Source: Selaginella moellendorffii (lineage: Eukaryota > Plantae > Lycopodiophyta). Taken from it: a stretch of DNA of 64,000 nt. The stretch's first letter is position 1. Every line of letters begins with the position of its first letter. The notes beneath the pieces are model-generated. The model saw only the letters and a program-made list of their open reading frames with translations, was not told the origin of the DNA and did no database searches. Below, in pieces: positions 13,300 through 25,887 of this stretch. The DNA lies in assembly GCF_000143415.4 (NCBI RefSeq), contig NW_003314266.1, positions 2,246,486-2,310,485 on the forward strand. The letters run 5' to 3'. Both the position numbers and the translations under genes were made by a program.

Positions 13300-14265
13300 A
13301 AATATGTTTGGAGCATATTCTTTCAGATAATGGTCTAGTATTTATGGTTGAGGCATTTTACGTTTTGACGTCTCAGTTAGGGATACACCACACTTTCACG
13401 AGTGCTTATCATCCACATTTATATAGTTTGGTGGAACGATTTATTCGGACCTTCAAAGGGATAATCACGAAATATATAAACTTTCAACATTCGAATTAAG
13501 ATTGTTATTTGCCATCTCTTCGGTATGTGTATGTCATAGGGGTGTAGAGTTCTATTGGTGGTTCACTATATAAACTTTTATATGGTCATGATCCAATACT
13601 ACCAACAAAATTGAGTTTACCTTTGTGATTGTCACAAGCTGTTAATGCTAAATTGTGGGATTAGTATTTGACAAACATTTTTCCACTTGTCTGAGTAGTG
13701 TCTGTTGAACACTTGGACTATATATAAGTGGAACAACAATAATGTTATAACTCCCATCATCGTCCACCTTTGGAGTACAAAGTGGATGATTTAGTGTTAA
13801 TCTGTTTTCCCAATCTTGCAGTACATGGTTTATTTAAGGGGCTCTTTGTTTAGTGGAAAGGACCATATTAAGTGTTGTGGCAAGTTGGACTGCAATTTTA
13901 TGAGGTTTGACATGACATCTAACAAACTAATCCTCCAGAAATTGGCAATTAAAACACTTCATACAAAGGGATTAAGAATAGATAGTTCCACTTACAAATC
14001 CACCAATACCCCCTTCTAATATTCCTCCAAATCCCAACCCATCCACGAGAGAACCTTGGTAGTCTTCCATCATTCTGGGAAGTAGAGATAATGTGAGGTC
14101 CAAGTGTATAACTATGATGCTATATATTAATATTACTATAGTGGGATTTTGGTAGTTGTCAAATTAGTTTTAATCTGGACCACTCACTCCTGTAAATAAG
14201 CTAGGGTTTTTGGGTTAATTGATATGCATATTTTTGTATTCTCTTTTCATATTTTATACACTCAT
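13300..14265 (+). mobile_element. Degenerate integrase remnant followed by LTR (3' end of old gypsy element)
   Basis: HILSDNGLVF..FTSAYHPH..VERFIRT integrase core. The LTR at ~13990-14265 is homologous to 1860-2138. Confidence 0.7.
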
Positions 14266-15447
14266 ATATATTCTATATACTCACAATGCAAATTAAACAG
14301 AATAATACACTTTATTAAAAAATTATTTAAATTTTATTATAAAGTTTTTTTTCCTATATTTGGAGATAACATATATAAATATTATGACCTCTTTAATTTA
14401 TATAATTTCCTAATAATTTGTGAATTTTTTAAAAACTGTTTTAACTTTATTTTTCCATTTTTTAATTTAATTAGAATTTAACTACTATATATTTCCAAAG
14501 TGCTAAATAATTCTCTAGTTTGATATTTAGTACTAAATAATAATTTATAGTGCAAGCATATATTTATTCTATTTAGATATAAATAATTGATAAGTGTCAT
14601 AATATGTACAACAGTAGTTACTCAGAAAATAAATGAGTTTGTCAATATACAAATTATTCACAATGAACTTTATATTACTACCCATACAAATAATATTATT
14701 TAATTTATTGATTAGGGCTAAACTGATATTGCAATAAGAGCATTTCTTTTAAAAACCTTTAAAATTATAAATAAGTTTTTTGGATATTTAAAATATATTA
14801 AAATATTCTTTAATTTTTAAATGTCATCATTCAGGTAAGTTTCACAACTTGGCATAGTTATCCTGTTTTTATTAGTTCAGATTTTACTATTTAACTTGCT
14901 AATAGCACAAATAGATACCATTAGCAAACTTAAAACTTCAATAATTGCAAAATATATTAGCAAGGTCTAAACCTACTTACCGTTTAATTTCTAATCCTAA
15001 TCCTGGTGAAGAAAATGTCCTAGAGTATACTTTTTAAATATTCACGTCAGAAGTGTGTCATACATACCCCACAAGTTGGTGAGATTCATGGATTTATTAT
15101 TCTCGAACAAAAGTCTAGAGGACCCACAGACCTCCAAACGAATCAGATTGGTCCACTGTGAGTTATCAAAGGCGTTTCTTGTATAAAATATTTCAGACAT
15201 CCACAGACCCAGTACGCAATGCAAGCTTTCCCGCCCACCCAGATTAGCAACAAAACCATCCAAGAAACTACAAGAAGGACATGAAACAAACCAAATCAAC
15301 AAGATCAAGAGCATACAGCAACACCATTCAATCAGAAAAAAGAAAGAAAGAGAAAAACATGGCACGCGAATTGTCTCTCCCCCGTACGCTAGTACGGCGG
15401 ACACGAACTAGTGATTGATCCCACAGTGATCCACTCTGTTTTTTTTC

Positions 15448-16841
15448 TCAGGCATCAAATGCTTGATGAGATTCCTGCAGTAGCGCCGTGGGCTTTTGGA
15501 ACTGGAAGAGATCGCTGATCCCGCCCACGAACCTTTGCTGCTGGTAGTGGCGCTGATGATCCGGATCGCTGTGATAGAGCTGTAGCTGAAACGACGATTC
15601 ATCCACTTTCATGGGCTTGTTGTGAGCGATCATCGAGCTCGCGACCGGCGGCGACGGCGACGATGAGGAGCAAGACCCCCACTGCTCGGAGGCTGACAGA
15701 AGAGAGAGAGCATCGCTTGTGGTGGGATGATTGATCGCCCCGGGCTCCAGCGGCGACGCCATCACGATGGATGATTTCGCGGCCGGGGATGGAGATTGGG
15801 AGGAGGATGGCGGCGATGGCGATGAGGCCGCTGCGTGGCATTTGAGGAACTGGTACACGCCGTGGGTGGCGATCATGTCCTGCTTGGATTTGAGCAAGAA
15901 ATTGGAGTGATTGTACGCCGCGAGCTGATCGTATCGGCAAGAGGAAGACGAGGGCCAGTTGTTCTTGCTCACGATGAAGCTCCCATCGAGCAAATGCTGT
16001 GGAGGATTCATGAAATTCCCTGCCAGCCAATTCTCTCATCGAGATGAGTGCCAAGAAGAAAAGAAACAATCACTCACCGGAGGAGGAGAATCCCAAGATC
16101 GAGGAAGGGATCACGAATGGATCGGGCGGAGGGGGCTTCCTCCGCCGCTGGTTGTGACCCGCCAAGCGCCGCCGGCAGCTCCTCTTTCCCTCGTCGAAAT
16201 ACCCCAATCCATGGAACCTACGAACAGGGGATTCACAAAGATCGATCAGCCAGAGGGAGAGGCGCACAATCCATCGATCCGAGCTGCGAATCCACACAGA
16301 CCCAACACGCCCAGATCGAGGCACTCACAGACCTGCTACATTGCTGGCAGAATCGCTGCTCCTGCCCCTTGACGATGCTCTTGGGCGCCTTGGAGTGGAG
16401 CTCGCAAACGCGGTGCCGCCGGTGGTAGCCCTTGGATCCGCTCAAATCCGCGCCGCAGCCATCGACCTGGCATCTGGGCGTCGCCGCCGGTTGCGCTACG
16501 CCCCGCTGCTTCTTCCTCGTCGGCGGGCTCGCGACGATCGCAGTAGCAGCACTGGTTTCTTGCGGAGCAATCGCGGTCGGAGCTCCATTTGGCGAGTCCT
16601 CGAAGTAGATCCTCTTGCCCAGCTTGAGGCCCATAGCGCTGGGCGAGCTCGTGCTGGGCGGCACGATCATCGAATTGCCCGCATTGTGCTGCTGCTGCTG
16701 CTGCTGCTGCTGCCTGGACGAATTCACCGCCGCCACCGCCGTGGCCGCGACGATCCCATCGCTCATCAAGAGGCTGGTGCTGCTATTGTCCCACCCCCAG
16801 GACGATGGAGAGGACGATGTCGGTGCCCAGCAAGCGGCCAT
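15448..16841 (-). CDS. SPL: SBP-box (SPL) transcription factor, 3 exons (16841-16333, 16217-16078, 16019-15448)
   Basis: [54 protein letters not shown] domain split by a GT-AG intron. GLKLGKR motif, poly-Q tract, ALSLLS peptide over the miR156 site. Confidence 0.93.
15694..15713 (-). promoter_or_regulatory. miR156/529 target site
   Basis: Sense sequence ATGCTCTCTCTCTTCTGTCA in the last exon. Confidence 0.9.
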
Positions 16842-17780
16842 AGCCAAGAGCTTGGTCGGGAACGAACGAACGAAAACGACGGCGGCGACAGAAGGCGGGT
16901 TGACTGCCCGGTGGGAGGTTTGAACGCTCGCTACCCCATCGAAGAGCGCGTATATATACGCCGTATGGTCGCCATGATAGAAAGGTGTCAAAAAAGATTC
17001 GCTTTCAAGAAAAAAAGGCGACCGGGGGTTCGAATGCGGCGAGGACCGCAGCAATCTCGACAGTCCGATCGGGGCCACGCGTGTTATTCCCGGACGTCGA
17101 TCGATTGATGTGGTAATAAGGAACACGTGCCCCAAATGACCATCGCCATCCCCTACCCAAGGAAAAGGAAAGCCTAAAGAAAAATTTGGCCATGCTTTTG
17201 GTCGGTACGTGGCTTTACGAATTAAAAGGATTGATATCGATTCTCGATCTATGATCTTGGTTTCTTCCCCTGGGGTGGGTCTCATGGAACTGATTGAAAG
17301 AAATGGCATAGCACTTGGGCTGTGTAAAATTCGCAAATCTGGCGATGGGATGGCCTTAGGGTAGGGAGTGTGCGATTAGGGCATGAAAATGTGTGCCATG
17401 GTCGGTGATTGTGCCTCTTTTCAACGCGACAGGGAAATCGCCCCCGACCCCCGCTGCCCCAATCTCCAACCAATTGGGAGGAAATGGCGCGATTTGGAGC
17501 CATCCATCCATGGTGGATCCTCTTGCAGTGTTTCCTGCCACTCCATGTGGTGGATTCACTGATCGACCCCCAAGTCAATCAATTTGCCAGTGTCAGTGGG
17601 GAAGAAAGGGGGAGAGAAAGCTTTATCGCCTTTAAAAAGATTTTTGACTGTAGCGCGGGAGATGAAGTGGCGCTTTGGTGACATTGCGACCACGTCAGCC
17701 CTAATGTAAACTGTGCGCGCACGTCAGCCATAGAGGTACAGCGGGGCTAAGTGACGTGGATTTCAGGGTTTGTGCAGACA

Positions 17781-18543
17781 ATGGAGGGCCTGGAGCTGAG
17801 GCGATTGGAGCGAGGCGATTTTGACAAAGGTCTGGGGAGTTTTGCGATTTTAAAAGCTCTTGAATCTGCCGATCTGGTGCTGCGATAGGATTCCTCCAGC
17901 TAATGCAGCAGCTGACCGTGGTTGGAGATGTCTCGAGGGAAATGTTTGATGGTATGATAGAGAAGAATTTCGGTCTAAACGCTTTGTTTTGATTCTAGCC
18001 AAGATGCAGCAGCTGGAAAAGCTTGGAGACTATCATAGGATTGTTGTGATCGAAGGTAAAAATACTCTCTGGAAACTTTGCAGCTTCTCCTCTTTCGATT
18101 TTTTTGTTGTGTAGATGTGAAATCCGGCCGGGTTGTGGCCACCGGCAGCATTTTTATCGAGCACAAGTTTGCTCGGAGCTGTGGAAAGGTGATCTTTCTC
18201 TTCTTTTTTCTCTTGTAAATGCTTTTCATTTTTATCAGGTGGGACATCTAGAAGATGTTGTCGTGGATGAACGTATGAGAGGGTGTCACTTAGGCCAGAG
18301 GTACTTATATTTTGCTCTATCAATCTTTGCTCAACAATCACAGCGCAGAGTGATCGAAGCTCTCACCAGTTTCGCAAAGGATGCTGGGTGTTACAAGGTA
18401 CCTTGCAATCTTCTTAGAGCTTTTATCAACTGGGAATGTATATATATGCGCAGGTGATTCTCGATTGTAAGCCCGAGAACGCTGCGTTTTATGAAAAGTG
18501 CGGGTACTCCAAGAAGGAAATCCAGATGGCAAAGTACTTTTAA
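17781..18543 (+). CDS. GNA1: Glucosamine-6-phosphate N-acetyltransferase (GNAT), 7 short exons
   Basis: Spliced peptide MEGLELRRLERGDFDKG/FLQLMQQLTVVG../..ATGSIFIEHKFARSCGK/VGHLEDVVVD../..GCYK/VILDCKPENAAFYEKCG..MAKYF*. Confidence 0.88.
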
Positions 18544-18552
18544 AGTTGATGA

Positions 18553-19119
18553 TCACGGCTCCATCGCTCGACCAACGACCATCTCAATCTCATCGCCTTC
18601 TTCTTCTTCGCCAACACCGGACACCCTGCGGCAGTGATCCAAGCTAAGAGAAGGTGCAAAAACGCTCAAAACGCGCAAACCTGCGGGACGTTATCTTGAT
18701 CCGGCCAACGTCGAGCTTGGCGATGCGAGAGAATGCCTCGATGGAGAGATCAAACGAGTTTGCGTGGCATCCGGGGCACAGGTCGACGACTCTCACCTTG
18801 ACAGTGGGAGTTCCCGAACAGCCTCCGGAGCCGGACACAGCGCCTTTGCAAGTTATCTCGAAGTAAGCCCCGCACAGCTCTTTGTTTCTAAACAGGTCCT
18901 TGCTTGCTGCAGCAATGAGATTTCCCGGCGGGAACTTGCTCGTGTCGAAGCCATAGCAGGACGAGGCTGCAGTGGCTTGTGAGAACACTTTCTGGAAGAA
19001 GAAATGGAGATTCACTTACGAACGTATGGGCTGTAGAATGTTGCTTGGCCGCTTTGAGCCACTGCTGGCGCGACTAGCACGGCGACGATGGTCGAGAGCG
19101 AGAAGAGGAGAGAATTCAT
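18553..19119 (-). CDS. Secreted EG45-domain (DPBB; expansin-like/plant natriuretic peptide-like) protein
   Basis: Signal peptide MNSLLFSLSTIVAVLVAPAVA, then ATFYSPY/PSSCYG..IAAAS..CG..C..VVDLCPGC..FDLS..AF..IA..GRI. The last exon, ending at TGA 18553, is predicted from GT-AG signals. Confidence 0.8.
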
Positions 19120-19294
19120 GTTTCGCTGTGTCTATCGTCCTCGATCAAGGCACGGCTTATAGCCTGAGAGGACTTTGGATCGAAGACGATCACGTCTCTT
19201 ATGTCACTGTGACTTCACATGGTGTTTCTATTGTGGCAAGACGTGACTCGCAAAGAATTATTAAATGGAGGAAAGCTTACACGAAAAATCTCTT

Positions 19295-22200
19295 TTAGAT
19301 CGTGTAGTGCGGGTTGACGCCATCGAGGTCTAGACCTTTGAGCTTGATCACAGACTCGATATGAGCTTTGAGCGTGTGAGCTTCCTTGAGCCTGCAAGAA
19401 AAGGAAACCATGGTTAGCGAAAGTTGACGTAAAAACCGTGGATAAAACCTGGCCATCTCCGCGCGTTTCTTGGCTTGCTCCGCGATATCCGATAGCTCCC
19501 GGTATCCCATTCTATCCATGAAGCTTCCTCCTCTCTCCAGCGTCTTCTGTAGGCCATGACGTGTTCGCTGCGTTTGCGCCCATTGTAGCTCTCGCGCCTC
19601 TTTGCCGAAGTCTTTCTGCCTCGTAAACGCAATCTGGAATGGCTCTTTGGTAAGCAAAAGAATTGCAGCTCAATTTCACACGTACCTTGCGCTCCAGGAC
19701 CAAGTCCCATACGTGACCGAAGAGAAAGTAGCGGATGGCAAACTTGATAATATCGAGTGGAATATAGAAGACAATGCTGAATAGCCATATCACCCCGCAC
19801 CATTTCCAGCCAATCGGGTGGATTTTAGCGAAACCGAGATGTAAATGAGCAGAGATGATGGTAGCAACCTGCGATTGCATATCAGCACGGGAATAAACAG
19901 AACTCGAGAAAGAATTTACCAGCTGAGCAGCGGCGAAAGCCGCTAAGAGCAAAAAACCGGGCCTCTCTACGTATGACCAGCTCCGAGAGCGAGTAACAAA
20001 AATAAGCGCCTGGCTGACAATGCTAACTTGAAGGTAAACTGCCGAGTTCAGCTCCGTGGGCTTGCCCGAGATATCTGAGACGCGAAAGACGCGCTGAAAC
20101 AAAAGCGAGCGATCAGTTGGCACTTTTCTACAAACGGAAACGGATGCATTACTTGGAAAAAATTAGTTTCCTGAACGAGGTAGAAGAACAAAACTGTTAT
20201 CAATGCCAAATATGTGCCCAGTGTGATCCCGGTTGCAAAAATTTCCTTGAGCTTCCAACTATCTGGGGAAGGAGATGGCTTGACACGATCTTTGGATATA
20301 GTCATGATAGTGCCTGCAAGTTGAGGATAAGTAATGCGAATAACAATGCCACTGAGTTTTTACCATCGTTTAGAATGGCAATGATCAAAACCATGAAAGG
20401 TGAGAAGTTGAACTTCCAGATTATCGAAAGCAGCGCGAATCCCAGCTACAAGAAAGACAACCTTCAGATTTCACGAACTTGCTAGCATACAAACATGAAT
20501 GACTTACCACTATACGGATAGTGATTGACACGGCATAGATCTACAGAGTACTTGAACAGTTAGAAACGTAATCGGGAACTACAACAGATTCATACCGTAT
20601 AGTTTTTCATCCTTTGGAATATTGCTCGACTTGTCAACACAGCGCTGATGATCACACTAAGACCCGGTTCTGTCAAAACAATGTCTGCTGCACTCCTTGC
20701 TGCGTCTGTGGAATCTGCAACAGCAATGCCGATATCGGCTTTTTTCAGAGCGGGAGCATCGTTAACTCCATCCCCCGTCATCCCGACAATGTGCCTTTTC
20801 TCTTGCAGTCGCTTTACGATGATGTACTTGTGCTCTGGAAAACCATGAGTCAGAGATAAAATGCAAAAACTCTCAGTTACCTGGATAGACCCCAGCAAAT
20901 CCATCAGCGTTTTCAATCAGTTCATCCATTTCCGGGCCAAGCTCCCCCTTATTTTCTCCTAGCAGCGTTTTAGAGGGATGCATATTGGTCCCCATGCCCA
21001 ATCGACGACCGGTTTCAATACCAATCGCCAACTGATCGCCTGCGTAACGAGAAAACGAGATGATATGCACGGCGCTGGAAATGCGCGTACCAGTAATCAT
21101 CTTGACATTGACACCGAGGTTGAGCGCACGGCGGATGGTGTCAGCACTGTCATGACGAGGTGGATCAAAAAGTGGTAGCACGCCGCAAAGTGTCCATGGG
21201 CCTCCTGGAGAATCCTTGGATTCCTCAGGGACTTCCTGCGATGCCGCTGGATGACTCAAATCTGAAGCCTTTTTGTTTGACGTACCTGGATAGCCACTGC
21301 AAGTGATCGCAGACCGCGCTGAGCAAGTTGCTCAACCACGGTATGGAATCTCTGGGACAATGCTTGTTTGTTGTGTACGAGAGCTAAGATCTGGCAACAA
21401 ACTGGTTAAAGTGATCACATATTATAAATGGAAGAGTTTACCTGCTCGGGGGCTCCTTTGCTTGCTCGATACCATTTTCCATTCTCTATGTAGGTAATCG
21501 CCGTTCGTTTTTCAACAGGATTGAATGGCAAGAAGTGGATCTCTTCGATGTCTTTTCGGGCCTGCATGAAAAATATTAATTAAAAAAGTTGTCTTCTGAG
21601 ATTAATCTCTGCAATTACCTCCGACGGATCACTGAGCATGCCTACAATTGCAGCATCAATAGCATCTTGACATTCTAATCTGGATGCTCTTGCTGCAAGC
21701 TTCACAACCGTGTCTTGGTCCATGTCCTTTGGAAACACCTGATATAAAATGTTTGAGATGACATCTTCTGTCTAAACATACTGTAGCCTACCTCAACAAG
21801 ACTCTTGTCGACAGTAAGCTTGTTCAAAGTAAGAGTGCCCGTTTTATCACTGCAAAGGACGTCCATACCAGCCATTTCCTCTATAGCTGTCATGCGTTTT
21901 GTTATAGCTCCCTGAAAACATGCGAAACTGAATGATAAAAGCCATTCCAAAAGAGTCTTGCCTGCTGGGATAATCTGTGCGAGCCAATAGCCATGGTTAC
22001 CGAAAGAACCGTCGGCATGGCAATTGGTATTCCACCAATGAGAAGAACCAGTAAATTCTCCATGCCCTGACGATAAGTCTGGTGATGAGCCGCCCACATG
22101 ACGATTCCCTCCACAAATATTCCCACAGCAATAGAGCAAATGCAGAAGTTTCCAATGGACGTCAGGACCTGCGTTTTCGAAACATTATAGCTTATAGTTT

Positions 22201-23236
22201 ATGCTGTCGAAATCAATCAAGTCCTACCTTTTGAAAGTGTCCCACATTGTTTGTGCTGTCAACAAGGTGAGCCGCTTTACCCAGGAAGCTGTGAACGCCG
22301 GTGGAGATGACAACAGCGTTCATCTCTCCTACTTTGCAAGTTGATCCTGAAAGTACTTCATCTCCAGGCCTTTTCGTCACAGGCAAAGACTCGCCAGTTA
22401 AAGCAGACTAATCACAGTGAAACAAATCGTCAGGGGATAATCGCAACTTTCACGTAAGCGACCAAACCTGATCAATCTTCAAGGAGTCTCCTTCGAGCAG
22501 GCGAGCATCTGCAGGGATGATGTCTCCAAGCTTTATGGCTATGATGTCACCAGGAGTTAAGAACTTCGCTTCCATTTCTTTCCATTTCCCGTCCCTTAGA
22601 GCCTGCGCATGCACGAGTGACAATCCTTGGAACAAAACAAGTCGCTAGCAGACCTTGCACTGAGGAGCCAACCGTGCCATCAAAGCAGCCGCAGCGTTTC
22701 CGGCATTGTTTTCTTCGAAGAAACTTATTGTGGAGTTCACCAAAAGAAGAATAATTATCCCAATGAAGTCTGGATAATCGGGGGGATCTCCCTGCGCACA
22801 AACGCGTCAGCCCCATGAAACAAAGAGCAAACTTCCTACACTGCCGTCATTGAGCATGACAATAGCTATGATCGCTGCAGCTTCCATCACCCATGACAAA
22901 GGATTCCACATAAACCCGAGGAACTTGAGAAACTTGTTTTCCTGGATTCCAAACCACACACTATATCATTTCAAGCAACTTTGTTTATTGTCGAAAAAGA
23001 GCATGATTATCATACCTTCGTCTCCTCTAACTTGTTATACCCGAAAATCTTGAGCCGCTCTTCGGCCTCCTCCTCCGTGAGGCCATTCTCGGTGCACCGC
23101 AGCTGCTCGAAAACCTCCTCAACTGGAGCCCCTTTCTGGAAATCCAGCGTTAGATTCTGCGAGAAAAGGCACCAAAACCTCCTACAAGATGGTGGGTGTC
23201 GATGGCCAGGCCATTCCCGGCTCCAGCGCCTTCCAT
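19295..23236 (-). CDS. AHA: Plasma-membrane P3A H+-ATPase, multi-exon
   Basis: [34 protein letters not shown] motifs and the C-terminal regulatory domain ending HYTI* (penultimate Thr). The start ATG at 23236 is inferred. Confidence 0.95.
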
Positions 23237-23553
23237 TTCTCCTTGGCGATTTCGCTCGATCGCAAGCCTGCCAAGCTTGGAATGAAAGAAAACCTCGCAA
23301 GAACTGGAAGATCAAGAGCTACCAGCTGGAGCCTAGCGGCTAAACCTTGTCCTGGCTCACGATCGACGGAGATCGCGACGCTCACGGCTCCGGCTCACCG
23401 CAAAACCCTAGAACCTGGGAAAAGGACAAGGTTTACGCGCCATAAACCGCATATTCCTTGGCACGAAAATTTCGAAGAGGCAAAAATACTAGAGGTCGAG
23501 GTTTCGAAACGCGGGAACGTTTTCTAAGCACTAGGGTTTTTGGCCTTTGGGCA

Positions 23554-25492
23554 ATGGGCGATATCAGGAGCGCGCTCCAGGTCGCCGCGGGGATTGGCGA
23601 TCAGAAGCAGAAGGTCGATCAGTACAAGGCGATTCTCTCCACGATAATCGCGACGAATCATGTGGAGCACGCCATGGCCTTCGTCAATCACAGTGAGTTT
23701 TTTTTGTGTGGAAGAATTCGGGAAGATATTGAGCTCGCATTTGCTGCCGCAGTGGTCTCCGACGAGGTTCCGCTGGTAATCTCGCGCCAGGTGCTGCAAA
23801 CTTTCGCGCAGGATCTTGGGAAGCTGGAAGCCGAGGCGCACAAGCAAATTGCGCAGTACGCTCTCGCGCAGATTCAACCCCGCGTTGTTTCTTTCGAAGA
23901 ACAGGTTGGAGTCTTTCTTCTTTGCCCTTGAAAGTTTTTCTGTCCTATGTATCAAGTTTTTCTGTGCTGTATCTAGGTGTGCCTCATTCGAGAAAGGCTA
24001 GCGGAGCTCTATGAGATCGAAGAAGAATGGACGAAATCGGCACAAATGCTTAGCGGCATTGACTTGGACACTGGAATCCGGTTTGTATCTTGTTTGATCT
24101 TGTGCTTCTTTTCTTGAGGAGATCGGGTTTAAGGTGATTGACTTTCAGTGCCGGGGACGAAAGCTACAAGCTAACAAAATGCGTGAAAATTGCTCTGCTG
24201 TACTTGGAGGTACGAGAACTATAGTTTGCACTGTGTTTTCATCCGTTTGTCCAGGATGATGATGCGACAAATGCCGAGGTGTACATAAAGAAAGCCTCTT
24301 TCATGGTGAATGGCTGCAAGGATGAAGCTGTTATTCTACAGTACAAGGTTATTTCCTTCGCTGTTTTCTTGGCATATGAGCTGACCTCCGTCCTTTATAA
24401 TTATTTAGGTGTGCTATGCGCGTATTCTTGATTCAAAAAGGAAGTTCCTAGAGGCCGCACTAAGATACTACGAAATGTCGCAACTTGAAAAGAGAGAAAT
24501 TGGGGGCCGGTAAGTTTTTGATTTGTATATTCTACATTGTGTGTATTTGATATTTTGGACAGCATTGTCGATGAAGAGGAACTCCAGCAAGCTCTCACAG
24601 CAGCGGTGACGTGTACTATCTTGGCTGCTGCAGGCCCTCAGAGGTCGAGAGTTCTCGCAACGCTTTACAAGGTATGCGAGGCGCTTTCCTTTTTCTTCTC
24701 GAAACTGTAAATCCATTTGTGTTTATTAGGATGAAAGGTGTTCGAAGCTAAAGATCTATCCGATTTTGCAAAAGGTATCGTAATACTCTTGTCTTGTCGT
24801 GGTTCTGATGGAAACGTCATATCTGTGTCAGGTTTACCTGGAAAGAATTCTTAGAAAACCCGAAGTCGACGCGTTTGCGGAAGAGCTCAAGCCACATCAG
24901 GTAGGTGTTCGTGTTAAAAAAAAGACGAGTGCGAGTGTTTTCCTTTTTATGCTGCAGAAAGCTTTGCTTCCAGACAGTTCGACGGTTTTGGATCGCGCTA
25001 TGATTGAACATAATCTTTTAAGCGCAAGCAAGCTGTACACAAACATCAGGTAAACATGCTGTTTTCACTGAGGGCACTGATTGAAAGGTGTTTCCAGTTT
25101 CGAGGAGCTGGGAGCATTGCTAGGCATTGCCCCTGACAAGGTAACCAGGTCTTCTTTTGTCGCTCCTAGTGTTTGAGGTATTCGTGCAGGCTGAAAAGAT
25201 TGCGGCGAGAATGATCTCGGAAGATCGTATGCGCGGATCCATTGACCAGGTTCATGTCAAGCAAACTCCTACTTTGTTTTTTTAACTCTTGTCCGATTCT
25301 AAAGGTGGAGGCTGTGATCCATTTCGACAACGACATTGAGGAGCTGCAGCAATGGGATCAACAGGTAAGCCTCTTTCCATTTACAAAACGCATAAGCTCA
25401 AGGAACTGTTATTGCAGATCGTGAGCGTTTGCCAGTCGCTCAACGACGTTCTCGACAGCATGATGAAGAAAGGAATACCCGTGGCTGTATGA
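23554..25492 (+). CDS. CSN4: COP9 signalosome subunit 4, multi-exon
   Basis: [41 protein letters not shown] and [18 protein letters not shown] (PCI domain). Stop TGA at 25490-25492. Confidence 0.93.
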
Positions 25493-25887
25493 TCTTAGTC
25501 GTCGGAACCGAGTAGAAATTCCTCGCACTCTCTAAGCTGCATCAGGTCGATTTCTCCACTCTTTTTTGGTTTGCTTAAGCAAACCCTGTGGATGGTAATG
25601 AATATATCTAGAATATACTTAAATATTTTAGGATATTCTACCATTTAAGGGTTGTTATTTGTATTTATAATTTATAAATATGTTTATGATTTATAAATTT
25701 TCTTAAACCCTTTCTAATATATTCTTTTTAATTCTATAATCTAATGGTTGATATGCAATAAGATTAATCTTATAAACATGCTTATAATTATAAATTAATA
25801 AACTAATTTATTTGAACGACAATCTTCCGTTTTAAAACTTAAAAGGAGCACAACATCCGGACGAATGCTTTTACCCTTATTCCATCG

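Noticed and set aside
16842-17336. N-terminal extension of the SPL ORF
   Set aside because: It begins at a non-ATG codon and runs through TATA-like promoter sequence.
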